64,000 nt of DNA from Candidatus Latescibacterota bacterium (GTDB lineage Bacteria > Latescibacterota > UBA2968). The stretch lies in the NCBI GenBank assembly GCA_965198115.1, contig OZ240241.1:3744001-3808000 (forward strand), written 5' to 3'. Positions 1-9,494 of the stretch are shown here, piece after piece. How positions within the stretch are numbered: position 1 is the stretch's first letter; each line of letters begins with the position of its first letter. The translations under genes were made by a program, and so were the position numbers. The notes beneath the pieces are model-generated. The model ran no database searches. It was not told where the DNA came from and was given only the letters and a program-made list of their open reading frames with translations.

Positions 1-2
1 TG

Positions 3-560
3 GGGACCCAATGGGGCATCGATCGATCCGAGGCCGATAACATCGGCATGCTCGGCACGATCATCAACGCCCTGATGCTTCGGGGCGTCCTCAACGCCAA
101 GACCGACGCCGAAGTCCGCGTCATGACAGCCATTCCGATCAACGCCGTCGCCGAACCCTTCATTCGGCTGCGCGCCGCGCACCATCTGGAAAACGGCTAC
201 ATCGTCATCTTCGCCGGGGGCATTGGCAATCCGTATGTCACCACCGACTATCCCGGTGTTCAGCGCGCCCTCGAAGTACGCGCCGATGCCATCCTCTACG
301 CCAAAAACAAAACCGACGGCATCTACACGAGCGACCCCAACCAGGACCCGAACGCCAAGCGGTTCCGAGAAGTCAGTTACAGCACCGTCGTCCATCGAGA
401 TCTCGGCGCCCTCGACCAGAGCGCGGTCATCCTCGCCCGCGACAACGGACTCCCGATTCACGTGTTCGACTTCGACCAAAAGGGCTCGATGAAGCGCATC
501 ATCGAGGGCGAAGACGTGGGCACATTGATCGCCAACGTTCACGAGGACGTCCTGTCCTGA
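3..560 (+). CDS. pyrH: UMP kinase, 5'-truncated by the window edge
   Basis: Frame is open from base 3 (GTQWGIDRSEADNIGMLGTIINAL); motifs D-x-IGMLGT, IFAGGIGNPYVTTD, DGIYTSDP, LDQSA, VGTLI. Confidence 0.9.
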   Translation, partial: GTQWGIDRSEADNIGMLGTIINALMLRGVLNAKTDAEVRVMTAIPINAVAEPFIRLRAAHHLENGYIVIFAGGIGNPYVTTDYPGVQRALEVRADAILYAKNKTDGIYTSDPNQDPNAKRFREVSYSTVVHRDLGALDQSAVILARDNGLPIHVFDFDQKGSMKRIIEGEDVGTLIANVHEDVLS

Positions 561-635
561 CGGGTCGTCCTGAACACAGCGATCGAATCGTCCCACACGG
601 TCAATCATGCCAAAAGAGACCTTCGAGGCCAAAGC

Positions 636-1916
636 ATGAAGATTCTGCTCGTCGGAAAGGGTGGACGCGAAGACGCCATCGCGTGGAAGATCGCGCAGAG
701 CCCGAGACTCACACAGCTTTATTGCGCTCCCGGAAGTCCGGGCATGGCTCGATTCGGCGAATGCCGTGAGATCGACGTGATGGACATCGACGGCCAGATC
801 GACTATGCACGGGAAGTGGGCGTCGACCTCGTCGTCATCGGACCCGAGAACCCGTTGGAAGCGGGCATCGTGGATCGGTTCGAGGGCGCGGGTTTTCAGG
901 TGTTCGGCCCGAGTGCGGCGGCCGCCAAGATCGAGACAGACAAAGACTTCGCGCTTGATCTGATGCACCGCCACGGCATCCCGACCGGAGCGTTTGCGAC
1001 CTTCACCGACCCTGACACCGCCATCCCCTACATCCGCGAGCAGGGCGCGCCAATCGTCCTCAAGGCGGCCGGACTCGCGGCGGGCAAGGGCGTGATCGTC
1101 TGCGAGACGCTCGACCAAGCGCTTGCCGGCGTGGAAGAGATCCTCGTAAACGCCAGATTCGGGGAGGCGGGTGCCAAACTCGTCGTGATGGAATACCTGG
1201 ATGGCGAAGAGGCCTCCATCTTCGGGTTCACCGACGGGAAGGACATCGTCTATGCCGTGTCCTCCCAGGATCACAAGCGCATCGGGGAAGGCGAAACCGG
1301 ACCGAACACGGGCGGCATGGGGGCCTACGCGCCGGCGCCCGTCATCACACCCGAGCTGCAGCAGGAAATCTACGACACGATCATGCAACCGACCGTCGAC
1401 GCCCTCGCGGCCGAGGGAACACCCTTCAGGGGGATCCTCTACGGCGGCATCATCGTCACCGCGAGGGGACCGCAGGTCATCGAATTCAACTGTCGGCTCG
1501 GCGACCCGGAGGCGCAGGTCGTGCTCCCCCTGATGAAAACCGACATCGTCGACATCTTCGAAGCCGGTGTGCGAGGAACGATCGGCAACATCACCGTCGA
1601 AACCGACGACCGTGCCGCGTGTTGTATCGTCATGGCGTCCGACGGCTATCCGACGTCCTACGACCAGGGCTTTCCCATCTACGGCATCGACAGTGCGGAG
1701 GCGCTCGGTGATGTCATCGTCTTCCACGCGGGCACAGGGAGGCGCGACGGTCAGCTGCTCACAGCCGGGGGTCGCGTGCTCGCCGTCGCAGCCCTGGGTC
1801 AAGAGATACTCGATGCCGTCGATCTCGCCTACCGAGCTGTCGACACCATCTCGTTCGAGAACATCTACACGAGACGCGATATCGCCTACCAGGCGCTCGC
1901 CCGCCTCTCGTCGTAA
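636..1916 (+). CDS. purD: Phosphoribosylamine-glycine ligase
   Basis: MKILLVGKGGRE, VIGPENPL, GLAAGKGV, QDHKR..GPNTGGMGAYAP, EFNCRLGDPE, TAGGRVL. Confidence 0.97.
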   Translation: MKILLVGKGGREDAIAWKIAQSPRLTQLYCAPGSPGMARFGECREIDVMDIDGQIDYAREVGVDLVVIGPENPLEAGIVDRFEGAGFQVFGPSAAAAKIETDKDFALDLMHRHGIPTGAFATFTDPDTAIPYIREQGAPIVLKAAGLAAGKGVIVCETLDQALAGVEEILVNARFGEAGAKLVVMEYLDGEEASIFGFTDGKDIVYAVSSQDHKRIGEGETGPNTGGMGAYAPAPVITPELQQEIYDTIMQPTVDALAAEGTPFRGILYGGIIVTARGPQVIEFNCRLGDPEAQVVLPLMKTDIVDIFEAGVRGTIGNITVETDDRAACCIVMASDGYPTSYDQGFPIYGIDSAEALGDVIVFHAGTGRRDGQLLTAGGRVLAVAALGQEILDAVDLAYRAVDTISFENIYTRRDIAYQALARLSS

Positions 1917-1939
1917 ACGCCTTGCAAGGAGCGACACGC

Positions 1940-3043
1940 ATGAGTCTTCGAGCAGCCGTCATCGGTCTGGGCAGAATGGGTAGCACCTTCGACGATGAAA
2001 TAGAGCAAGGCGGGTCGATCTTCCTACCCTATTGCCACACACCCACCTACGTGGCGTCGCCGCTCGTCGAACTCGTGGCCGGCGCAGACCTCCACGACGA
2101 GCAGCGGTCCATCTACGGCGACCGGTGGGGTCTCTCCTCCGATCATCTCTACGACGACTACCGGGAGATGCTGGAAAAAGAGAAACCCGACATCGTCAGC
2201 ATCTGCACGACCGCGCGGCTCCGGCATCAGATCCTCCTCGACGTCGCTCGCTCCAGCGCCAAGGCGATCTGGGCGGAAAAACCGATCGCGTTCAGTTTGC
2301 AGGAGGCCGACGAAATGGTCGAGGTGTGCGACGACCTGGGCGTCAAAGTGGCCGTCAACACGGCTCGACGTTACAACCCCTACTTCGCCGAGACACGACG
2401 CATGATCGACGAAGGCGTGTTGGGTGACATCCTGCAGGTCAACATCCACGCCCAGTGCGGTCTCTCCCACAACGGAAGCCACGCCATCGACACGATGCGC
2501 TATCTCGCGAAAAATGGGAACGCCACGTGGGTGTTCGGCGAGATGGAATCGGACGAAGCGGCCGCCGGAGACGACGACCTCAGCGGCAACGGCTATGTCG
2601 CGTTCGACAACGGGATCCGCAGTTTCCTCAGGGCAACCTCTTGCGGCGTCGCCAATTGGGAAACGGATGTCATCGGAACGAAGGGACGTGTCCGGTCGAT
2701 CGCGAACTGCCAACACGTGGAATGGATGCACCTGGCCCCCGGCGGTCCAAGAGGACGCGGCACTCCGGCCACCGGAGAGCTTTCACTCCCCCCCCGAATC
2801 GGTGGCATGGGGCTCACCATCGTCGCAGACCTGATCGACAGCATCGGGTCCGACCGACGTCCACGCGCCTCGATTCACGACGGCCGCGCTGCACTCGAAA
2901 TCGCCATCGGTCTACGCGAATCTCATCGACGTGACGGCAGCCGGGTCCGCCTGCCGCTCGAAGACAGGGCGCTGAAGATCGTATCGATCGAGACTCGGGA
3001 GGATCATACGCCCGCGAGGGTGAGGCGGTTGCAGGCTGGGTAG
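1940..3043 (+). CDS. Gfo/Idh/MocA family oxidoreductase
   Basis: AAVIGLGRMG Rossmann motif, AEKP motif, GSHAID; ATG at 1940 follows AAGGAG. Confidence 0.88.
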   Translation: MSLRAAVIGLGRMGSTFDDEIEQGGSIFLPYCHTPTYVASPLVELVAGADLHDEQRSIYGDRWGLSSDHLYDDYREMLEKEKPDIVSICTTARLRHQILLDVARSSAKAIWAEKPIAFSLQEADEMVEVCDDLGVKVAVNTARRYNPYFAETRRMIDEGVLGDILQVNIHAQCGLSHNGSHAIDTMRYLAKNGNATWVFGEMESDEAAAGDDDLSGNGYVAFDNGIRSFLRATSCGVANWETDVIGTKGRVRSIANCQHVEWMHLAPGGPRGRGTPATGELSLPPRIGGMGLTIVADLIDSIGSDRRPRASIHDGRAALEIAIGLRESHRRDGSRVRLPLEDRALKIVSIETREDHTPARVRRLQAG

Positions 3044-3167
3044 CCAATGGCGATGGACCAGGGCGTCCCCGAGGAGTACCAAACCATAAGGACAGGCTGA
3101 ACAGCGCCCTCGTGCGGAGCACGGGACGAGTGCAACAGTTGGAAATTTTTCAGCTGAGAGGAGAAAA

Positions 3168-3623
3168 ATGGCAGATCCGATTGTCGGCATCATCATGGGG
3201 AGTCAATCCGATGAATCGACGATGCAGAGGGCGGCGGACATTCTGGATGAACTCGGGATTCCCTACGACGTCACCGTGTGCTCCGCACACCGCAACCCTG
3301 AACGCACGGCGGAATACGCCGGTGGGGCCGCCGAGAGAGGCTTGAAGGTCATCATCGCCGGCGCTGGGCTGGCTGCTGCGCTCCCAGGCGTCGTCGCCGC
3401 GCACACGACATTGCCCGTCATCGGCGTACCCTGTGCATCGGGAGCGCTGCAGGGCGTTGATGCGTTATATGCGATCGTTCAGATGCCGCCAGGTGTGCCC
3501 GTCGCTTGTGTGGGAATCGGCAATGCGCGGAACGCGGCCGTGTTGGCCACTCAGATCATCGCGCTGACTGACGAGAACGTTGCCGTGCGTCTCGCCGACT
3601 ACAAGGCGAACCTGGGCAAATAG
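3168..3623 (+). CDS. purE: N5-carboxyaminoimidazole ribonucleotide mutase
   Basis: IIMGSQSD, SAHRNP, IAGAGLAAALPGVVA, VQMPPGVPVA; AGGAG SD. Confidence 0.96.
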   Translation: MADPIVGIIMGSQSDESTMQRAADILDELGIPYDVTVCSAHRNPERTAEYAGGAAERGLKVIIAGAGLAAALPGVVAAHTTLPVIGVPCASGALQGVDALYAIVQMPPGVPVACVGIGNARNAAVLATQIIALTDENVAVRLADYKANLGK

Positions 3624-3645
3624 GTCTCCTCTGCATCCCGGTCGT

Positions 3646-4215
3646 CTATCCCCCTTCCAGACCGGCAAGCGTCAAGATCTGCAGGCAGAATCGGTAGGTC
3701 AGCCCCCACAGGATTGGCTTCCTCTCGATTTCCAGCTCGATCCCGGGATGGTCGCGCTCGGTGTCGCCGACCCTGAATCGGCGAGTGACCCGTCGCCCGG
3801 GATTGGCTAAATCCACCAGAGGATACCAGAAGGTATCGGCCACTTCGTCGTTCGGCGTCAGCGTGGGCGTCCCTTCAACCTCGTAGGCGAAAGCCGAAAC
3901 ACAGACGGGGATCGTCACACCCGTTTGATCGTCCAGCTGACCCAGATAGCGTGCCGTTGTCAAGTTCAGACCGAGCTCCTCCGCTGCCTCCCGCTCGGCC
4001 GCTTCGCGAGCTCCGGGGTCTGCAGGTTCGATGCGACCACCGGGAAAGGCAATGTGGCCGGACCAGGGGTCGCCCTCGACCGTCGTCCGATGGATGAACA
4101 GCACCCTCGGCTCCATTTGGGCACAGAGCACGGCTGCGACCGCAGCGCGCCCGACGTCCCGGCCATCTCGCCGGGGCTCGTGCCCGGCGAGGCTCGCCCT
4201 CAGACGATCAAACAT
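3646..4215 (-). CDS. Nudix hydrolase, CoA-pyrophosphatase-like
   Basis: DPWSGHIAFPGG..AAEREAAEELG Nudix box, NDEVA, ILWGLT; ATG at 4215 overlaps the dinB stop. Confidence 0.9.
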   Translation of the reverse strand: MFDRLRASLAGHEPRRDGRDVGRAAVAAVLCAQMEPRVLFIHRTTVEGDPWSGHIAFPGGRIEPADPGAREAAEREAAEELGLNLTTARYLGQLDDQTGVTIPVCVSAFAYEVEGTPTLTPNDEVADTFWYPLVDLANPGRRVTRRFRVGDTERDHPGIELEIERKPILWGLTYRFCLQILTLAGLEGG

Positions 4216-5437
4216 CACCTTCCCACCACGCGTCATCGTCGTCTTCCCGCTCGCCCCAACGATGTTTATGCTCCTGCCCCCATCGAGTCTTGGAGCCACC
4301 GAACCTGTCGCGTACGTTGTCCAGCGCCTCCTGCATTCGATGGCCCCGGTCGTCACCCGATTGCCAGAGCGACAGCTGCTGGCCGGTCGAAGCGAACTGG
4401 CTGATGGCAACGCCTAGAAGCCGCACGGGTCTGCCCCTCTGCCACGCCGCGTCGAACAGGCTCTTGGCCGCCTGGTAAAGATCCTGATCGAGATCGGTCC
4501 CGTCCCTCAGCGTCACACGCCGCGTGATCGTCTTGAAATCCGACCATCGCAGCTTGATGGCGACGGTGCGACCCGTCAATGCCTCGTCGCGCAGCGATCG
4601 TCCGAGACGCTGGCTGAGCGAAAGCAACACTGCGTGCAGCCGGTCTTCCTCTGAGATGTCCTCCGAGAACGTCGTTTCGTGACTGATCGACTTCGCCCCC
4701 TCCCCTCCTGGGTCCACCGATCGATCGTCGACGCCGTGGGCGAACGCGTGAAGCTTCCTTCCGTAGGAACCAAGCTGGGACTCGAGCCGATCCGGCCCCC
4801 AGCCCTGAACATCGCCGAGCGTCGACAGTCCCAGCTGCTCCATCCGTTCCGCCATCTTCGGACCGACGCCCCACATAGCCCGCACCGGCAGAGGCGCGAG
4901 GAATTCAGGCTCCTCTCCGGGTGGAACGATCAGAACCGCATTGGGCCATCCATCGGTTTCCGTCCAATCTTTCCCCTCGTTGGTCGCGATCTTCGCGACA
5001 AGCTTACTCGTCGCCCCGCCCAGCGACGATGGCAGCTTCAACTCGTCGAATATCATCGTCTGAATACGGCGAGCGACGCGCTCCGCGGGCTCCTCGATGT
5101 CCGTGGCATCGATAAAACACTCATCGATCGAAATCTGCTCCACGTAGGGGGTCACCCGATCCAGCAACGTCATGACCTTCCTCGAATACCCCCCGTATCC
5201 CCCGTGGTGAGACACCACCTGGAGACCCGGACACAGACGCAGCGCCTGTGCCATCGGCATGGCCGAACGAACCCCGAACTTCCGTGCCGCGTAGGAACAG
5301 GATGCGACAACGCCGCGTCCCTCCGGCGTACCTCCCACGGCAAAGGCCTTCCCGTCCAGGGAGGGGTCCCGGATCACCTCGACGGCACAGAAAAACGCGT
5401 CCAGATCGAGGTGCAATATCGTGCGTGGCGCGGGCAT
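4208..5437 (-). CDS. dinB: DNA polymerase IV (Y family)
   Basis: HLDLDAFF, SYAARKFGVRSAM, SIDE, KLVAKIA, WGVGPK, KSISHETTF, VRLLGV. Confidence 0.96.
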   Translation of the reverse strand: MPAPRTILHLDLDAFFCAVEVIRDPSLDGKAFAVGGTPEGRGVVASCSYAARKFGVRSAMPMAQALRLCPGLQVVSHHGGYGGYSRKVMTLLDRVTPYVEQISIDECFIDATDIEEPAERVARRIQTMIFDELKLPSSLGGATSKLVAKIATNEGKDWTETDGWPNAVLIVPPGEEPEFLAPLPVRAMWGVGPKMAERMEQLGLSTLGDVQGWGPDRLESQLGSYGRKLHAFAHGVDDRSVDPGGEGAKSISHETTFSEDISEEDRLHAVLLSLSQRLGRSLRDEALTGRTVAIKLRWSDFKTITRRVTLRDGTDLDQDLYQAAKSLFDAAWQRGRPVRLLGVAISQFASTGQQLSLWQSGDDRGHRMQEALDNVRDRFGGSKTRWGQEHKHRWGEREDDDDAWWEGDV

Positions 5438-5578
5438 CAATCGTGTCCTTTGATCCAACAAGTCATGATGAATGTAGAGTCAACCCACGTTCACCCGTCA
5501 GGGTCGGTTGACGTGATCGTCGGGCCTCTTACCTTTAGGAACGCGAAAACGACGCCCACGCTCTGAACGACCGAACCC

Positions 5579-6772
5579 ATGTCCGAACCGCTCGAACGAC
5601 ACACGCCTTCGGCTCTTGCACACGAGCTGAACGCCCATTTTGACCAGATCGGCACCTACCGATCCTCGCGGGCGTTTCACGCGTCGGAGCTGTATCGGTC
5701 GCTTCGGGTGGAAATCGATCGTGTTCTGGATGGCATCGCTTGCGAGGGTTTTCCGGGGTCGGTGCACGATGGCCGGACTCCCCTGTCAGCAGTCGCGTGG
5801 AACGTAGAACGAGGTCGCCAGCTCGACGGCGTCGTGGACGTACTCAAGAGCCATCGACGTTTTCGATCCAGCGATGTACTCTTCCTGACCGAACTCGATA
5901 TCGGCATGGCACGGTCGGGCAACCTCGACATTCCCCGGGAGATCGCTTCGCGGGCGAACCTCAACTACGCGTTCGCGCCCTGCTACATCAACCTGCGGAA
6001 GGGGAGCGGACTCGAGGTGGAGGCGGCTGGCGAAAACCGAGAATCTCTCCACGGAAACGCAGTCTTCTCTCCCCACCCCCTGAGCGACATCCGCAGCATC
6101 GTGTTGCCCAACGGCAAGGACAAACTGCGGGGCAAGGAGAAACGGCTCGGAAGCCAACGGGCAGTCGTGGCAACCGTCGAGCACCCTTCCGGACCCTTCC
6201 GAGCCGTCAGTGTGCATCTCGACGCGCATTCTTCCCCCCGACACCGACGAAACCAGATGAAAATCATCCTGGACGACGTCACAGCCGATGAAGCGCGGAT
6301 GCCCATCCTGATCGGAGGGGATTGGAACACATCGACCAGCAATTCCCGCCGAGCGCTCTATTCGATCCTCGGGTTCTGTCGACGTGTCGGTATGGGCGTC
6401 GGCCACGTTCTTTCCAACCACTATCCCTACCCGGAACGCTACTTCGAAAGATCTCTCTTCGCGACACTCGAGGATAGCGCTTTCGACTACCGAACCCTGA
6501 ATGTGCCTGGTGCTTGCACGCTCACCTACGACATCGTCGACCTCGCCCAGAACTCGGGGATGGCCGACTGGCTCCCGCAGTGGTGCTTTGCCTGGATCGA
6601 GTGGGCGCTTCGGGACCACGACGGGCAGTGTGCGCTCAAGCTCGATTGGTTCGCTGGAAAGGACGTACGAGCCGTCGACGGCAGTCCCGAGGTCCTCTAC
6701 GACGTGCTGAGACAATACGGCAAGCTGTCCGATCACGACCCGATCGCCGTCAATTTCACTCTCACGAACTGA
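5579..6772 (+). CDS. Endonuclease/exonuclease/phosphatase (EEP) family protein
   Basis: WNVERG, LTELD, HGNAVFS, VHLD, GGDWNT, KLDW, SDHDPI. Confidence 0.88.
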   Translation: MSEPLERHTPSALAHELNAHFDQIGTYRSSRAFHASELYRSLRVEIDRVLDGIACEGFPGSVHDGRTPLSAVAWNVERGRQLDGVVDVLKSHRRFRSSDVLFLTELDIGMARSGNLDIPREIASRANLNYAFAPCYINLRKGSGLEVEAAGENRESLHGNAVFSPHPLSDIRSIVLPNGKDKLRGKEKRLGSQRAVVATVEHPSGPFRAVSVHLDAHSSPRHRRNQMKIILDDVTADEARMPILIGGDWNTSTSNSRRALYSILGFCRRVGMGVGHVLSNHYPYPERYFERSLFATLEDSAFDYRTLNVPGACTLTYDIVDLAQNSGMADWLPQWCFAWIEWALRDHDGQCALKLDWFAGKDVRAVDGSPEVLYDVLRQYGKLSDHDPIAVNFTLTN

Positions 6773-6779
6773 GAACATC

Positions 6780-7994
6780 GTGTCCCGACAGCGTATCAAG
6801 ATCCCGAACGCCGATGGCCTCGACCTGGGCGCCAGACTCGACCTGCCACCCGACGGCAAGGCCACCGCCTTCGCCCTCTTCGCCCACTGCTTTACGTGCA
6901 CGAAGAACATCAAGGCCATCAGTCACATTAGCGACGCCCTGATTCAGGTTGGGGTCGCCGTCCTGCGATTCGACTTCACCGGCCTGGGTGAGAGCGAGGG
7001 TGAGTTCGCTGACACCAACTTCTCTTCCAACGTCGCCGACCTCGTCGCCGCCTCGGAGTGGCTGGGCGAACATCACGAAGCCCCCGCTATCTTGATCGGC
7101 CACTCTCTGGGTGGGACCGCCGTACTTCGGGCAGCCGCTACGATACCGTCGGCTCGTGCCGTAGCCACGATCGGCGCCCCTGCCGATCCTGCTCACGTCT
7201 CCCATCTGATCGATAGCTCGCGGGAGGAGATCGAGTCGACGGGGGAAGCGGTCGTCCGACTCGGAGGACGGCCATTCAGGATCAAGAAACAGTTCCTCGA
7301 CGACCTCCAGGGCCAGGCGCTCCCTGACGCGATCGCCGACCTCAGACGGGCCCTCCTCATCTTCCACAGCCCGATCGACAACACGGTCGGCATCGACAAC
7401 GCATCCGCCATCTATGCGGCCGCCAAACACCCAAAGAGCTTCGTCTCCCTCGACCGGGCGGACCATCTCCTGTCGGACGAATCGGATGCCAGATACGTGG
7501 GGAGCGTCATCGGAGCCTGGGCTCGCAAATACATCGATGTGCCCGTCCCGGAAACGCCGATCGACCACCACGAAGACGAAGTCGTCGTCCACACGGGTCC
7601 CGCCGGTTATCGCACGGACATTCGTGCCGGTAGCCACGGGCTCGTCGCCGACGAGCCGGCCGACGTGGGGGGCACCGATCTCGGCCCCTCGCCTTACGAC
7701 TATCTGTTAACGGCCCTGGGTAGCTGTACCAGCATGACATTGCGAATGTATGCGGACCGAAAAAAATGGCCGCTCGAAGGCGTCACCATCCGCCTGAAGC
7801 ACGGGCGGATCCACGCCGAGGACTGCGAAACGTGCGAGACGCAGGAAGGGCGCGTCGACCTGATCGAGCGCACGATTTCTCTCGAGGGATCGCTCACGGA
7901 GGCGCAGAGAAGTCGACTGCTCGAAATCGCCGATCGGTGCCCCGTCCATCGCACGCTCTCGGGCGAGATCAGGATCGAAAGCACGCTCCTTTAA
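6780..7994 (+). CDS. Bifunctional alpha/beta hydrolase - OsmC-domain protein
   Basis: FAHCFTC, GHSLGG nucleophile elbow, ADHLL; C-terminal DEP..GG...GPSPYD..ALGSCT and CPVHRTL. Confidence 0.93.
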   Translation: MSRQRIKIPNADGLDLGARLDLPPDGKATAFALFAHCFTCTKNIKAISHISDALIQVGVAVLRFDFTGLGESEGEFADTNFSSNVADLVAASEWLGEHHEAPAILIGHSLGGTAVLRAAATIPSARAVATIGAPADPAHVSHLIDSSREEIESTGEAVVRLGGRPFRIKKQFLDDLQGQALPDAIADLRRALLIFHSPIDNTVGIDNASAIYAAAKHPKSFVSLDRADHLLSDESDARYVGSVIGAWARKYIDVPVPETPIDHHEDEVVVHTGPAGYRTDIRAGSHGLVADEPADVGGTDLGPSPYDYLLTALGSCTSMTLRMYADRKKWPLEGVTIRLKHGRIHAEDCETCETQEGRVDLIERTISLEGSLTEAQRSRLLEIADRCPVHRTLSGEIRIESTLL

Positions 7995-7997
7995 AAG

Positions 7998-9417
7998 GGC
8001 TATATCCGGATCTCTCAACGAGATGAAGTGGGTGAAGGTGCCGTGGTTCCTGGCATGGGGGCGCGGTTAGAGTGTGCGGAACCTCTTCGGAATCTGCTCA
8101 GGGATGTTTATGTCTCCGACGGTAAGGAAGATCATATCGTTGAATGCGTCGAGTGTGCGGAATCCGCTGGCTCGGTTCTTGACGATTTGGACGATTCGGT
8201 TGAGGCCTTCGGCGATGGCGTTGGTAAGACGCGTGTTCACGAATGCGAGGACGCCGAAGAAGTGCTGTCGCAGGGTCCTGACGAACTTTCGCAGGGGTTC
8301 AAGTCGACTTCTGAGTGCGGACGTCGTCCAGCATTTCAGGAAGCGTTCGGCAGCCCAGGGCGCTTTGTATTCCCAGAACTGCTCGAACTCGTCCTTGAGT
8401 CTCCAGGCTCTATAGATTCGGTAGTTCGCCTTCTCCAGTGCTTTGAGTGTCCGAGTATCCCCTCTGGAGCGTGTCGCTGAGTGCCGGTAGAGGAGCCATC
8501 GGAGGCCCTTCATGGCTTTGCGCTCATCCGGGGCAGCTTTACGCCACTGGTCCTTACGGACCTCGTCAACGGCGGCATTGAGAGCCTTGACGATGTGAAA
8601 GCGATCGAGGACCAGCTTGGCATTCGGACAGTGTTCCTGGATGGCTCCGATGTAAGCTTCGCTCATGTCGCAGCAGGCCCACTCGATCTTGGATCTCTGG
8701 TAGGGACTGAGAGCCTCTGTGAAGAACCGATCGATCGTTTTACGCGCCCTGCCGCGGCCAACCCACACCACGCAGGAGCGGTCCAGATCGTAAACGAGCG
8801 TGGCGTACCTGTGACGCTTGGCGTAGGAGATCTCGTCGATCCCGATGGTTTTGAGCCCTCGGATACGATGACCTTCACGAAGCCGCGTGATGGATCGGTG
8901 AAGGAGATCCGACAGCGTCGAGGCAGAGATGCGCAGTAACTCGGACGCCGCCTTCTGCGTCATGGTCTGGCAGTAGCGCAGCATGGCATACTCGAAGCGA
9001 TACGTCACCCGAGAGAACCGCTCCGCCCACGGAATCTCCTCGACCACACGACCGTGGGTAGGACACCGAATCTCCCGAGGATGGTAGAGAAGCCAGACCC
9101 TCCACCCGCACACCGGAATGTCACGCCACCGACGCGGATGGGGCATTGTGCGGACGATTTTACCTCGACGGCCGAACTCCGGACAACAACAACCATTCTT
9201 ATGTGGCTTTACGGCGATGACGAAGCAGCTTCTCCCCTCAAACCACCAGCTGACAACACGGAACCCCTTGAATCTCAGCAGTTTCGATAGTAATCTGCTC
9301 CCGGTCATAGGTCGCACCCCCTTCGCTTTGATTGTCCTACACACACAACCAAGCGTAGGGAACGATCTATGACCTTGTCATTCTATAGTTTCACCGTTGA
9401 GAAACCCGGATAGAGCC
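7998..9417 (-). mobile_element. ISL3-family insertion sequence, copy 1 (1,420 bp)
   Basis: Terminal IRs GGCTATATCCGGATCTCTCAACG / CGTTGAGAAACCCGGATAGAGCC; flanks TTTAAAAG / TTTAAAAT (7 of 8 match); near-identical to 32205-33624. Confidence 0.93.
8067..9308 (-). CDS. ISL3 transposase
   Basis: IGIDE, CCDM, LDRFH, TNAIAEGLN, GFRT; N-terminal zinc finger reads CPEF..CPTH here. Confidence 0.93.
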   Translation of the reverse strand: MTGSRLLSKLLRFKGFRVVSWWFEGRSCFVIAVKPHKNGCCCPEFGRRGKIVRTMPHPRRWRDIPVCGWRVWLLYHPREIRCPTHGRVVEEIPWAERFSRVTYRFEYAMLRYCQTMTQKAASELLRISASTLSDLLHRSITRLREGHRIRGLKTIGIDEISYAKRHRYATLVYDLDRSCVVWVGRGRARKTIDRFFTEALSPYQRSKIEWACCDMSEAYIGAIQEHCPNAKLVLDRFHIVKALNAAVDEVRKDQWRKAAPDERKAMKGLRWLLYRHSATRSRGDTRTLKALEKANYRIYRAWRLKDEFEQFWEYKAPWAAERFLKCWTTSALRSRLEPLRKFVRTLRQHFFGVLAFVNTRLTNAIAEGLNRIVQIVKNRASGFRTLDAFNDMIFLTVGDINIPEQIPKRFRTL

Positions 9418-9435
9418 TTTAAAATCCTTAGTCAC

Positions 9436-9473
9436 AAAAAGAGCGGCCCGCCCATTCGGACAGACCGCTCTTT
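9436..9473 (-). terminator. Rho-independent terminator after the transaldolase-family gene
   Basis: Minus strand GAGCGGTCTGTCC-GAAT-GGGCGGGCCGCTC-TTTTT. Confidence 0.8.
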
Positions 9474-9494
9474 CTATCCAACCCTGGTCGGTCG

